Shown here piece by piece: positions 55,300 through 64,000 of a stretch of 64,000 bases of DNA. Origin of the DNA: an uncultured beta proteobacterium (GTDB taxonomy: Bacteria > Pseudomonadota > Gammaproteobacteria > Burkholderiales > SG8-39). The position numbers were made by a program, and so were the translations under genes. The stretch spans positions 13,449 through 77,448 of the forward strand of contig CAVQUV010000010.1 of NCBI GenBank assembly GCA_963716855.1. The letters run 5' to 3'. Each line of letters starts with the position of its first letter. Within the stretch, counting starts at the first letter, position 1. The notes under the pieces are model-generated. The model was not told where the DNA came from and searched no databases. It saw only the letters and a list, made by a program, of their open reading frames with translations.

Positions 55300-56757
55300 G
55301 TGACGGAGCGCTTCGACCTCGTCGTCCGCAACGGCACCGTCATCGACGGCACGCGCGCGCCGCGCTTCGCTGCCGACGTCGCCGTAGCCGGGGATCGCAT
55401 CGTTCGCGTCGGGAAGCTCGACGGCGCGCGCGGCGCGACCGAGATCGACGCCACCGGCAGGATCGTCGCGCCGGGTTTCATCGACGCGCACACCCACGAC
55501 GACCGGCTGATGCTGTCGGCGCCGGAGATGGCGCCCAAGGTCAGCCAGGGCGTCACGACGGTCGTCGCCGGCAACTGCGGCATTTCGCTCGCGCCGATGC
55601 CCGGCGGCCCGCGGCGGCCGGTCACGCCGCCGCTCGACCTGCTCGACGAGGACGGCGGCTGGTTCCGCTTCCGCACCTTCGCCGAGTACGTCGGCGCGCT
55701 GCGCGACGCGCCGGCGGCGACCAACGCCGCCCTCCTCGTCGGCCACAGCACGCTCCGAGTCGCGACGCTCGACGATCTGGAGCGTCCCGCGCGCCCGGCC
55801 GAGATCGAGCGGATGCGCGGGCTCGTGCGCGAGGCGCTCGCCGCGGGCGCGATCGGCGTCTCGACCGGGCTCTACTACGAGCCGGCCGCGGCCGCGCCGA
55901 CCGAGGAGGTGATCGAGATCTGCCGCCCGCTCGCCGAGTTCGGCGGCCTCTACTGCACGCACATGCGCGACGAGGCCGAAAAGGTGCTCGACTCGCTCGA
56001 GGAAACCTTCCGCATCGGCCGCGAGGTCGGCGTGCCGGTCGTGATCTCCCACCACAAGGTCGCCGGCCTGCCGAATCACGGCCGCTCGCGCGAGACGCTG
56101 CCGCTGATCGCCGAGCGCATGCGCTCGCAGGCGATCGGGCTCGACTGCTACCCGTACTGCGCCTCCTCGACGATCCTGAGCGCCGCGCGCGCCGCGGTCG
56201 CTGCGAAGACGCTCGTCACCTGGTCGAAGCCGCATCCGGAGTACTCGGGGATGGACATTGCCGAGGTCGCGGCGAAGATGGGTGTGCCGCCGGCCGAGGC
56301 GATCGAGCGGCTGCGGCCCGCCGGGGCGATCTACTTCGCGATGGACGAAGGCGACGTGCAGCGCATCCTCGCGTTCGAGCCGACGATGGTCGGCTCCGAC
56401 GGCCTGCCGCACGACGCCGCGCCGCATCCGCGGCTGTGGAGCAGTTTTCCCCGCGTGCTCGGGCACTACGCGCGCGACCTCGGCCTCTTTCCGCTCGAGA
56501 CCGCCGTGCACAAGATGACCGGGCTCACCGCCCGCACGTTCGGCCTGAAGGATCGCGGCGTCGTGCGCGAAGGCGCGTTCGCCGATCTCACTCTGTTCGA
56601 TCCGGACACCGTGGGCGAGGCGGGAACGTTCGCTCGGCCGATCCAGGCGGCGCACGGGATCGACACCGTGATCGTGAACGGCGCGGTCGTGTGGCGCCGG
56701 GGCGCGCCGAGCGGCGCTCGCCCCGGACGCGTGCTCGCGCGCAACGCACGGGCATGA
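55300..56757 (+). CDS. N-acyl-D-amino acid deacylase family amidohydrolase
   Basis: PGFIDAHTH, GNCG, THMRDE, SHHK, GSDG, HPR. Confidence 0.9.
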   Translation: MTERFDLVVRNGTVIDGTRAPRFAADVAVAGDRIVRVGKLDGARGATEIDATGRIVAPGFIDAHTHDDRLMLSAPEMAPKVSQGVTTVVAGNCGISLAPMPGGPRRPVTPPLDLLDEDGGWFRFRTFAEYVGALRDAPAATNAALLVGHSTLRVATLDDLERPARPAEIERMRGLVREALAAGAIGVSTGLYYEPAAAAPTEEVIEICRPLAEFGGLYCTHMRDEAEKVLDSLEETFRIGREVGVPVVISHHKVAGLPNHGRSRETLPLIAERMRSQAIGLDCYPYCASSTILSAARAAVAAKTLVTWSKPHPEYSGMDIAEVAAKMGVPPAEAIERLRPAGAIYFAMDEGDVQRILAFEPTMVGSDGLPHDAAPHPRLWSSFPRVLGHYARDLGLFPLETAVHKMTGLTARTFGLKDRGVVREGAFADLTLFDPDTVGEAGTFARPIQAAHGIDTVIVNGAVVWRRGAPSGARPGRVLARNARA

Positions 56758-57968
56758 CCGAGCACATCGTCATCGTCGGCGCCGGCCAGGCCGGCGGCTG
56801 GGCCGCAAAGACGCTGCGGGCTGAAGGCTTCGCGGGCCGCGTCACGCTGATCGGCCTCGAGCCGCATCCGCCCTACGAACGCCCGCCGCTCTCGAAGGGC
56901 GTGCTTGCGGGCAGCGCAACGGTCGAAAGCTGCTATCTCTTCAAGCCGGACGCCTTCGGCGCGCTCGACCTCGACTTCCGCCCGGGCGTGCGCGCCACTC
57001 GGATTGACCGCGCGGCGCGCGCCGTTCACCTCGAGGACGGATCGTCGGTCCCCTACGACAAGCTGATCCTCGCGACCGGCGGCGAGGCGCGCCGGCTGCC
57101 GGTGCCCGGCGGCGACGGGCCGCGCGTGCACTATCTGCGCACCCTCGACGAGTCCCTCGCGATCCGGGCGGCGCTCGGCCCCGGACGCCGGCTGGCGGTC
57201 GTGGGCGGCGGCTGGATCGGGCTCGAGGTCGCCGCGACCGCGCGCAAGGGCGGCGCGGCGGTCACCGTCCTCGAGACGGTGGACCGGCTGTGTGCGCGCG
57301 CGGTGCCGCCTTCGGTCTCGGCGTTCCTGCACGGCTTGCACGAGCGGAACGGCGTTGCGATCCGCACGAGCTGCGGCGTGAAGGCGATCGAAGACCGCGG
57401 CGCGGAGGGCCTGCGCCTCGCCCTCGGCGACGGCTCGACCGTCGACGCGGACGCGGTGGTGGTCGGCATCGGCCTCGTCGCGCAGATCGGGCTCGCGCGC
57501 GAGGCGGGCCTCGACGTCGGCGACGGCGTGCTCGTCGACGAGCGGTGCCGCTCGTCCGACCCGAACATCCTCGTCGCGGGCGACTGCGCGAACATGCCGC
57601 TCGCCCGCCTCGGCCGGCGCGTGCGGCTCGAGTCGTGGGCCAACGCCCAGAATCAGGCCATCGTCGCCGCGAAGAGCGCCCTGGGACACGATGTGCGCTA
57701 CGACGAGCTGCCGTGGTTCTGGTCCGACCAGTTCGACGCCAACGTGCAACTCCTCGGGCTGCCGGAGCGCTGGCCGGAGCCGGTCGTGCGCGGGGACCGG
57801 AGCGGCGCGAGCTTCAGCCTCTTCTATCTCGACGGCGAGCGGATCGTCGCGGTCGTCAGCATCAACGCGCCTCGGGACCTGCGCGCCGCGAAGCGGGTGA
57901 TGGAAGCCGGTCGTGCAGTCCGCGCGGCCGATCTCGCGGATCCCGCGGTCAATCTCGCGAAGCTATGA
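56754..57968 (+). CDS. Ferredoxin-NAD(P) reductase (GR-type)
   Basis: GAGQAG, PYERPPLSK, GGGWIGLE, RLESWANA, PWFWSDQ. Confidence 0.93.
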   Translation: MTEHIVIVGAGQAGGWAAKTLRAEGFAGRVTLIGLEPHPPYERPPLSKGVLAGSATVESCYLFKPDAFGALDLDFRPGVRATRIDRAARAVHLEDGSSVPYDKLILATGGEARRLPVPGGDGPRVHYLRTLDESLAIRAALGPGRRLAVVGGGWIGLEVAATARKGGAAVTVLETVDRLCARAVPPSVSAFLHGLHERNGVAIRTSCGVKAIEDRGAEGLRLALGDGSTVDADAVVVGIGLVAQIGLAREAGLDVGDGVLVDERCRSSDPNILVAGDCANMPLARLGRRVRLESWANAQNQAIVAAKSALGHDVRYDELPWFWSDQFDANVQLLGLPERWPEPVVRGDRSGASFSLFYLDGERIVAVVSINAPRDLRAAKRVMEAGRAVRAADLADPAVNLAKL

Positions 57969-58229
57969 GCTTCGCCGGCGCGGTGCGCCGGCGGCTGAAC
58001 TCCGGCGCACGATCGGGGAACTGATCGCAGAAGCGTCTCGCCTCTAAACGCTGGCTGATCCCTTGTAATGAGTCCGCGCAGGCGTACACTGCAAAGGCTC
58101 CACTCTAGCGGTACGGCCTGTGCCACGCCGCACGGCATTCGACACGAACGGATCCGCGGCGGACGCATGCCATGTCGCACGTGCGCAGGCGACCGCCTGC
58201 GAATCGACGTTCAACCGAGGAGATGGGCC

Positions 58230-58517
58230 ATGCCAACATTCATTACGCTCGTGAACTTCACCGACCAGGGGATCAAGAACATCAAGGACTCCCCCGATCG
58301 GCTGCAGGCATTCAAAGCAGCGGCCGAGAAAATGGGAGTCAAGGTGAAGGACGTCTACTACACCGTCGGGAGCTACGACATCGTCACGGTCGTCGAGGGC
58401 ACCGGGGAAGCCGTGACGGCCACCCTGCTGAAGATCGGCTCGCTCGGCAACATCCGGACGCAGACCATGCGCGGCTTCTCGCCGGACGAAATGAAGAAGA
58501 TCATCGCAACGATGTAG
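58230..58517 (+). CDS. GYD domain protein
   Basis: FTDQGIKNI..YTVGSYD..GNIRTQT; GAGGAG SD. Confidence 0.88.
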   Translation: MPTFITLVNFTDQGIKNIKDSPDRLQAFKAAAEKMGVKVKDVYYTVGSYDIVTVVEGTGEAVTATLLKIGSLGNIRTQTMRGFSPDEMKKIIATM

Positions 58518-58603
58518 CGAGAAGACCGGCGGGATGGCGGGCGCGGCGAGGCGCCCGCCTCACTCCCGGCGCATGCGTTCGCTGCGGAAGCGGTACGGCT
58601 CGG

Positions 58604-60361
58604 TCAGGACGTTTTCTTGCGCCGCGTTCGCGTTGCAGCGACGTCCACCTCGCCATCCGCCTGCAGCTCCACGCCGTACGCCGTGCGCGCAACCGCGGCG
58701 CTCACGTAGCCCTGGCGCACATCGTTCGCAACGACCGCGGCGGGGCGTTCGAGCGGCGAGCCGAAGCCGCCGCCGCCGCCGGTGCGCAGGATCAGCGCAT
58801 CGCCGGCCTTCAATCGCTGGTTGCGCAGCTTCGCGTTGTCGCGATCGAGATCTTCCTTGCCGTCGATCCGCGTCGTGACCTGGTTGCCGAGGCCGGCCAG
58901 GCCGCCCTCGATGCCCCACGGCGCGCAATGCATCCGGTCCGCCTGCACGTCCACGGTGATCGGGGCAAGCGCGCGGATCACCTGCTCGGTTCCGAGGCCC
59001 CCGCGCTGGCGTCCCGGTCCGCCCGAGTCGGCGCGCAGCGCGAATCGTTCGAACAGGATCGGGTACTTCGCTTCGAGCTGCTCGCAGGGACTGTTGTGCG
59101 TGTCCCCGTCGTTCGAGCACACCACGCCGCTCATGCCGTCGCTGTTGAACTTCGCGCCCCAGCCGCCGCCCGAGGGGCCGCAGGACGCGATATAGAATCG
59201 CCCGTCCTTGGGCGAGATGCCGTGGACCAGGGCGAACAGCAGGTCGGCGTGGTGCGCCGCGATCGTGCGCTCCGGAATCGCCTTGGCCAGGGCCTTGAAG
59301 ACCGTGTCGACCACCGTCATCGGAAAGGTCATCCACCAGCGCATCGCGGCCGGCTTGACGGCGCTCACGACGGTGCCGCGCGGGACGATCACCTTGAGCG
59401 AGCGGAAGCTGCCTTCGTTGACCGGATAGTCGGTCGGCGAGGTGAGGCATTTGTAGGCGACCTGGGCGCACGACTGGCCGGTGCTCGGGCCCGAATTGAA
59501 GAAGCCCTGCACCTGCGGGCTGATCTCCGACAGGTCGATCGTCATCTCGTCGCCGCGCTTGATGACGCGCACCTTGATCGGCACGCGCTTGCCGACCTGG
59601 AAACCGTCGTCGTCCATGAAGGACTCCGCCTCGTAGACGCCGTCCGGAATGGTGCGGGTGCGCGCGCGCGCAGCCGCCTCGGAGTTGTCCATGATGTTGC
59701 GGATGGCGGCGGTCACCTCCGCGCGCCCGTAGCGGCGCACCAGCTCGAGGAAGCGCCGCTCTCCGGTCGTGACCGCGATGACCTGCGCGCGCAGGTCGCC
59801 CATCGCGCGCTCGGGAATCCGCACGTTCATCCGGATGATCTCGACCAGCTCCCGGTTCACGACCCCGGCCTTCTGGTACTTCATGAGCGGGATCTGGATG
59901 CCCTCCGAGTAGATGTCGGTGGTGACGCCGCCGAGGGTGCCGCCGACGTCGGGCCAGTGCGCCATGCAGGCGGTCCAGCCGCACAGCTTGCCCCGATCGA
60001 AGACCGGCATGCTGAAGGTGAAGTGGTTGAGGTGGCTCCCGGTCGTATAGGCGTCGTTGGTGACCAGGATGTCGCCGGGCTCGACGCCGTCGGGGCCGAA
60101 GTGCCTGAGATTCGCCTTGACCGTGTTCGCCATGCCGCGAATGAAGCTGGGGAGCCCCATGCCGATCGAGACCGTTTCGCCCTCGGCGGTGAACAGACCC
60201 ACGGTGAAATCCAGCGCCTCGTAGATGATCATGTTGTAGGCGGTGCGCATGAGGTTGGTCTTCATCTCCTCGGTCACCGCGAGCACCCCGTTGCGCACGA
60301 TTTCCGTCAGAACGGGATCGGCGCCCACCTTGCTCTTCCGCCTCGTCTTCTTGCTGCTCAT
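58604..60361 (-). CDS. Hydantoinase B / 5-oxoprolinase family subunit
   Basis: RTAYN, NDAY..SHLN, HWPDVGG, SGGPGRQRGG, GGGGGFG. Confidence 0.92.
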   Translation of the reverse strand: MSSKKTRRKSKVGADPVLTEIVRNGVLAVTEEMKTNLMRTAYNMIIYEALDFTVGLFTAEGETVSIGMGLPSFIRGMANTVKANLRHFGPDGVEPGDILVTNDAYTTGSHLNHFTFSMPVFDRGKLCGWTACMAHWPDVGGTLGGVTTDIYSEGIQIPLMKYQKAGVVNRELVEIIRMNVRIPERAMGDLRAQVIAVTTGERRFLELVRRYGRAEVTAAIRNIMDNSEAAARARTRTIPDGVYEAESFMDDDGFQVGKRVPIKVRVIKRGDEMTIDLSEISPQVQGFFNSGPSTGQSCAQVAYKCLTSPTDYPVNEGSFRSLKVIVPRGTVVSAVKPAAMRWWMTFPMTVVDTVFKALAKAIPERTIAAHHADLLFALVHGISPKDGRFYIASCGPSGGGWGAKFNSDGMSGVVCSNDGDTHNSPCEQLEAKYPILFERFALRADSGGPGRQRGGLGTEQVIRALAPITVDVQADRMHCAPWGIEGGLAGLGNQVTTRIDGKEDLDRDNAKLRNQRLKAGDALILRTGGGGGFGSPLERPAAVVANDVRQGYVSAAVARTAYGVELQADGEVDVAATRTRRKKTS

Positions 60362-62430
60362 CTTCTTGCTCCCACCTCGATCTCCAGATTGCCGAAGCCG
60401 TCCACCCGCATCCGATCGCCGGGCAGCAGGAGCGTCGTGGACGCGTGCTCCTCGATCAGCGCGGGCCCGGCGATGCGGTTGCCCGCCCGGAGCCCGTCGC
60501 GCGCGTAGGCGGGCGTCGCGGTCGCCCGGCCGATTCCCGGGAAGCGCACGTCGCGCGTGCCGCGCAGGGCGGTGCGGGCGGGTGCGGCGCCGCCGCGCGC
60601 CAAGCGCTCCAGCGGGGGCTTCTTCATCAGGCCGGTCACGGTGGCGCGCAGGCTGACGATCTCGGCCCGCTCCTCCGGTGCGCTGGTGCCGTAGCGAAGC
60701 TGGTGGACCTCGTCGAAGTGGTGCTTGATGGCGTCGCGGTTCCGTCGCCGGAAAACGCTCGGCGAGAGTTCGACGGTCACCGGGTGCTCCTGGCCGACGT
60801 AGCGCATGTCCGCAGCGTACGCGACGGTGGTGCGCGCGACGCGCACGCCGCTGTCGCGGAGCGCTCGCTTGCCTTGCGCGATCAATTGCGCATACGTGCG
60901 CTCGATCTCGTCGAACGGCGCTTCCTCCAGGCGCGTGAACCACGTCCGGACGAAGTCGTAGCGCAGGTCGGAATGCAGCATGCCGAACGCGCAAAAGTGA
61001 CCGGGCGCCCGCGGCACGATGATCCGCGCCATCCCGATCTCGCGCGCGATCTGCGAAGCGTGAAGCGGGCCGGCGCCGCCATAGGCGATCAGGCAAAAGG
61101 CGGCGGCATCGAGGCCCCGATCGGTCGAGACGCCCTTGACCGCATAGGACATCGAGGACACGGCGATCCTCAGGATGCCGTTGGCGGCATCGGCGAGGCT
61201 CAGGCCGAGCGGCTTGGCGATCTGCTCGCTGATCGCGCGCCGCGCGGCCGGCTCGTCCAGCTTCATCTCGCCGCCGAGGAAGCGCCCGGCGTCCAGGCGC
61301 CCCAGCACCAGGTTCGCGTCGGTCACCGTGGGCCGGGTTCCCCCCTGCCCGTAGCACGCCGGGCCCGGATTGGCGCCGGCGCTCTGCGGCCCGACGCGCA
61401 GGGCGCCGCTCACGTCGACCGTCGCGATGCTGCCGCCGCCGGTGCCGACCTCGGAGATGTGCACCATCGGGATCTGGATGGGCAATGCCTCGTTGTAGCC
61501 ACCGACCAGCGCCGTCGATGCGGTGAGCACCTCGCCGCGATAGATGACGCCCGCCTTGGCGGTGGTTCCGCCCATGTCGAAGGCGACCGCGTCCGCCAGG
61601 CCGAGCTCGCGACACAGGGCCTGCGCGCCCACCATGCCGGCCGCGGGGCCGGATTCCAGCATGCGGACGCATTCGGTCTGGGCCTGGTGCGACTGGTACA
61701 GGCCGCCGGTGGACTGAACGAGGAGAAACGCGCCGCGGAAGCCGCCGCGCTTCAGATGCCGGTCGATGTCGCGGATGTAGCGGCTGACGCGCGGGCCGAT
61801 GAACGCGTTCGCGACGGTGGTCGAGCAGCGCTCGAACTCCCGGTACTCCTGCGAGAGCTCGTGCGAAGCGGAGACGAAGGCGTGCGGCAGCCGCTCCTGC
61901 ACGATGCGCTTGACCCGCTGTTCGTGGGCGGGATTCACGTAGCAGTGCAAGAGCAGGATGGCGACGGCTTCGACCTTTGCCGCCTCCAGCCGGTCGCAGA
62001 GCGCATGGACCTGGGCATCGTCCAGAGCGATGAGCACTTCGCCGGTCGCCGTGATCCGCTCGCGCACCTCGAAGCGCAGCGCCCGTTCGACCAGCGGCAC
62101 GTGCTTGCGGAAGAACAGGTTGTAGGAATCGGGGCGGTTGATGCGGCCGATCTCGTAGGTGTCGCGGAAGCCTTCGGTGATGAGGAGCGCCGTCTTCGCG
62201 CCGGTGCGCTCGAGCATCGTGTTGATGGCGATGGTCGAGCCGTGCAGGAACAGCCCGGCATCGGTGTACCGGGCCTTGGCTTTCTCCACGCCGTGGGAAA
62301 TGCCGTCCACCAGGCGGCTGGGCGTCGACAGGGTCTTGCCCAGAAGGAGCTGTCCAGTGCGTTCGTCGAATGCGGCGACGTCCGTGAAGGTGCCGCCGAT
62401 GTCGGCGGCCAGGCGGGTACGCGTTCTCAA
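60358..62430 (-). CDS. Hydantoinase A / 5-oxoprolinase family subunit
   Basis: DIGGTFTD, ESGPAAG, DMGGTT, GTGGGS, SAGANPGPACY; TTG start. Confidence 0.92.
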   Translation of the reverse strand: MRTRTRLAADIGGTFTDVAAFDERTGQLLLGKTLSTPSRLVDGISHGVEKAKARYTDAGLFLHGSTIAINTMLERTGAKTALLITEGFRDTYEIGRINRPDSYNLFFRKHVPLVERALRFEVRERITATGEVLIALDDAQVHALCDRLEAAKVEAVAILLLHCYVNPAHEQRVKRIVQERLPHAFVSASHELSQEYREFERCSTTVANAFIGPRVSRYIRDIDRHLKRGGFRGAFLLVQSTGGLYQSHQAQTECVRMLESGPAAGMVGAQALCRELGLADAVAFDMGGTTAKAGVIYRGEVLTASTALVGGYNEALPIQIPMVHISEVGTGGGSIATVDVSGALRVGPQSAGANPGPACYGQGGTRPTVTDANLVLGRLDAGRFLGGEMKLDEPAARRAISEQIAKPLGLSLADAANGILRIAVSSMSYAVKGVSTDRGLDAAAFCLIAYGGAGPLHASQIAREIGMARIIVPRAPGHFCAFGMLHSDLRYDFVRTWFTRLEEAPFDEIERTYAQLIAQGKRALRDSGVRVARTTVAYAADMRYVGQEHPVTVELSPSVFRRRNRDAIKHHFDEVHQLRYGTSAPEERAEIVSLRATVTGLMKKPPLERLARGGAAPARTALRGTRDVRFPGIGRATATPAYARDGLRAGNRIAGPALIEEHASTTLLLPGDRMRVDGFGNLEIEVGARR

Positions 62431-62487
62431 TTGTTTTCTTCTGATTGGTTGTTGGACTATATTAGGGTACGGACTTTTGACCGGTCA

Positions 62488-62853
62488 ATGCACGCTCCGA
62501 AAACGAAACTGCCGGCCGCCGAAGCGATGCGCCTGCTCGGCAGATGGCAGCGGGTGTCCACCGGCCACGTGGTGCTCGGTTCCGGCTGCTCGTGCGGCAT
62601 CGAGCTCACCAGCGTGCGGGTGCCGGATTTCGAGCAGGACATCCTGTCCTTTCTTCGCGGCCGGCACCGTGTCGATGAGAGCGTGGCGAGCATCGCGGCA
62701 CTGCTCGTCGCCATGGCCCGGCAGACGACCAGCGCGGGGTCGGGCGAGCGCCTCGCGCTGCTCGCGGACCTCGAACGCAGCGTCGATTCGTTCGAGGAGG
62801 TGCATCGCGGACGGCGCTCGTCGTATACTGGCCAGAGAGGAGGTGTCCAATGA
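62488..62853 (+). CDS. Hypothetical protein with GSGCSCG motif
   Basis: 121-aa ORF filling the gap, ATGA overlap with the dctP-like gene. Confidence 0.65.
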   Translation: MHAPKTKLPAAEAMRLLGRWQRVSTGHVVLGSGCSCGIELTSVRVPDFEQDILSFLRGRHRVDESVASIAALLVAMARQTTSAGSGERLALLADLERSVDSFEEVHRGRRSSYTGQRGGVQ

Positions 62854-63839
62854 AGAAAGCCATTGCAGGGCTCGCATTCCTTTGCGCCGCAGCGCTCATC
62901 GGGTCGACGGGCGCGCTCGCGCAGACCGAGCTGAAGTTCGCCGACGCACTGCCGAAGACCTTTTCGTACTACCCGGCGATGGTCGCCTTCAAGGAGACCG
63001 TCGACAAGAGCGGCAAGCTGACGATCCGGCTGTTTCCGGAAGGCGTGCTCGGCGACCAGAAGGCGCTCATGGAAGCGACCAAGGTCGGCTCGGTCGACAT
63101 CGCCGTGGTCGCCTCGCAGGTGAGCCAGCAGCTGGTGCCGGAGCACGGCATCTTCGGCCTGCCGTTCGTCTGGCTCAAGCACGAGGACTACCTCAAGTTC
63201 CTGCAGGGCCCGATCGCCGCCGAGCTCGGCAAGAAGATGGAGCCGCACGGCCTGAAGGTGATCGTCTTCGCCGACGGCGGATCGCTCGCGGTGCTGAACA
63301 GCAAGCGCCCGGTGCGCACGCCGGAGGACATGAAGGGGCTGAAGCTGCGCGTGATGCAGGACCCCATGCAGGTCGACATGATCAAGGCGATGGGCGGGAT
63401 CCCGGTGCCGATGGGCACGCCCGAGGTCTACTCCGCCATCCAGCAGGGGCAGATCGACGGCAACGCGACCAGCGTGCAGCTGCTTTGGGCGCTGAAGAAC
63501 TATGAAGTCGCCAAGCAGCTCTCCGTCACCAACCATGGGCGCGCGGCGGGCGTCGTCATCATGAACCTGAAGAAGTGGAACGCGCTCGACGCCGATCAGA
63601 AGCGGGCCCTCGAGGAGGGCGCGAAGACCTTCTTCAACGTCGATGCCGAGTACTACACGACCAGCGCCAGCACCGCGAGCCCGCGGGTGGTCACCCAGAT
63701 GGCGGGCAGCGGCGTGGTGGTCAGCGAGCCGGACATCGCCGCCTTCCGCGCGGCGACCTTGCCGGTCGTGCTGGCGTTCAAGAACCGCGTGAAGTCGCCC
63801 CTGGTGGACCAGGCGCTCAAGGAAGCGGGCGTCCAGTAG
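62850..63839 (+). CDS. TRAP transporter substrate-binding protein (DctP family)
   Basis: Signal peptide, FPEGVLG, KGLKLRV, EVYSAIQQGQIDG. Confidence 0.92.
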   Translation: MKKAIAGLAFLCAAALIGSTGALAQTELKFADALPKTFSYYPAMVAFKETVDKSGKLTIRLFPEGVLGDQKALMEATKVGSVDIAVVASQVSQQLVPEHGIFGLPFVWLKHEDYLKFLQGPIAAELGKKMEPHGLKVIVFADGGSLAVLNSKRPVRTPEDMKGLKLRVMQDPMQVDMIKAMGGIPVPMGTPEVYSAIQQGQIDGNATSVQLLWALKNYEVAKQLSVTNHGRAAGVVIMNLKKWNALDADQKRALEEGAKTFFNVDAEYYTTSASTASPRVVTQMAGSGVVVSEPDIAAFRAATLPVVLAFKNRVKSPLVDQALKEAGVQ

Positions 63840-63841
63840 CC

Positions 63842-64000
63842 TTGTTCTTCCGCGCCGTCGAAAACCTCCTGCGCTTCGCCGTAGGGGGGCTGGTGGTGAC
63901 CATCACCGTCATGGTCGCCACGCAGGTCGTTTTCCGCTACGCGCTGAAGCACCCGATCATCTGGTCGGAAGAGTTCGTCACGCTGTGCTATCAGTGGCTC
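63842..64000 (+). CDS. TRAP small permease (DctQ family), truncated by window end
   Basis: Hydrophobic helix then QVVFRY..WSEE. Confidence 0.8.
   Translation, partial: MFFRAVENLLRFAVGGLVVTITVMVATQVVFRYALKHPIIWSEEFVTLCYQWL

Overview
High-GC betaproteobacterial chromosome segment, probably from a long-read or metagenome assembly. Bases 1-25.4 kb are a minus-strand housekeeping block: alkA-like, accA, tilS, ndk, rlmN, pilW, rodZ, ispG, hisS, yfgM, bamB, der, hfq, hflXKC, hisZ, purA, a purine PRTase, tRNA-Leu(CAG) on +, rnr, rlmB, rpsF-priB-rpsR-rplI and dnaB. Bases 25.4-64 kb are accessory: HNH nuclease plus DUF6352-like gene, frameshifted cnoX/ybbN and TraR/DksA-like genes, a Liv-type ABC transporter, an FtsH, a carboxy(nor)spermidine polyamine operon (speA, CASDH, nspC, speB), a 16-kb catabolic cluster of unknown substrate (NadX-like dehydrogenase, Rieske oxygenase with ferredoxin and reductase, extradiol dioxygenase, SDRs, cupin, hydrolase, ThDP enzyme, ALDH, amidohydrolase, ABC importer, IclR), a hydantoinase/oxoprolinase pair and a TRAP transporter. 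The best leads are (i) the orphan catabolic cluster with a small uncharacterised protein beside the Rieske subunit and a candidate IclR operator pair, (ii) a candidate sigma54-driven ~75-nt sRNA with CCUCCUCCU in a hairpin loop, (iii) a synonymously diverged duplication of the livH 3' end bridged by a 35-codon ORF that overlaps both neighbours, and (iv) a palindromic insert in the S6:S18 leader. Several genes carry single-base insertions that look like sequencing errors. All calls are by eye; no database searches were run.
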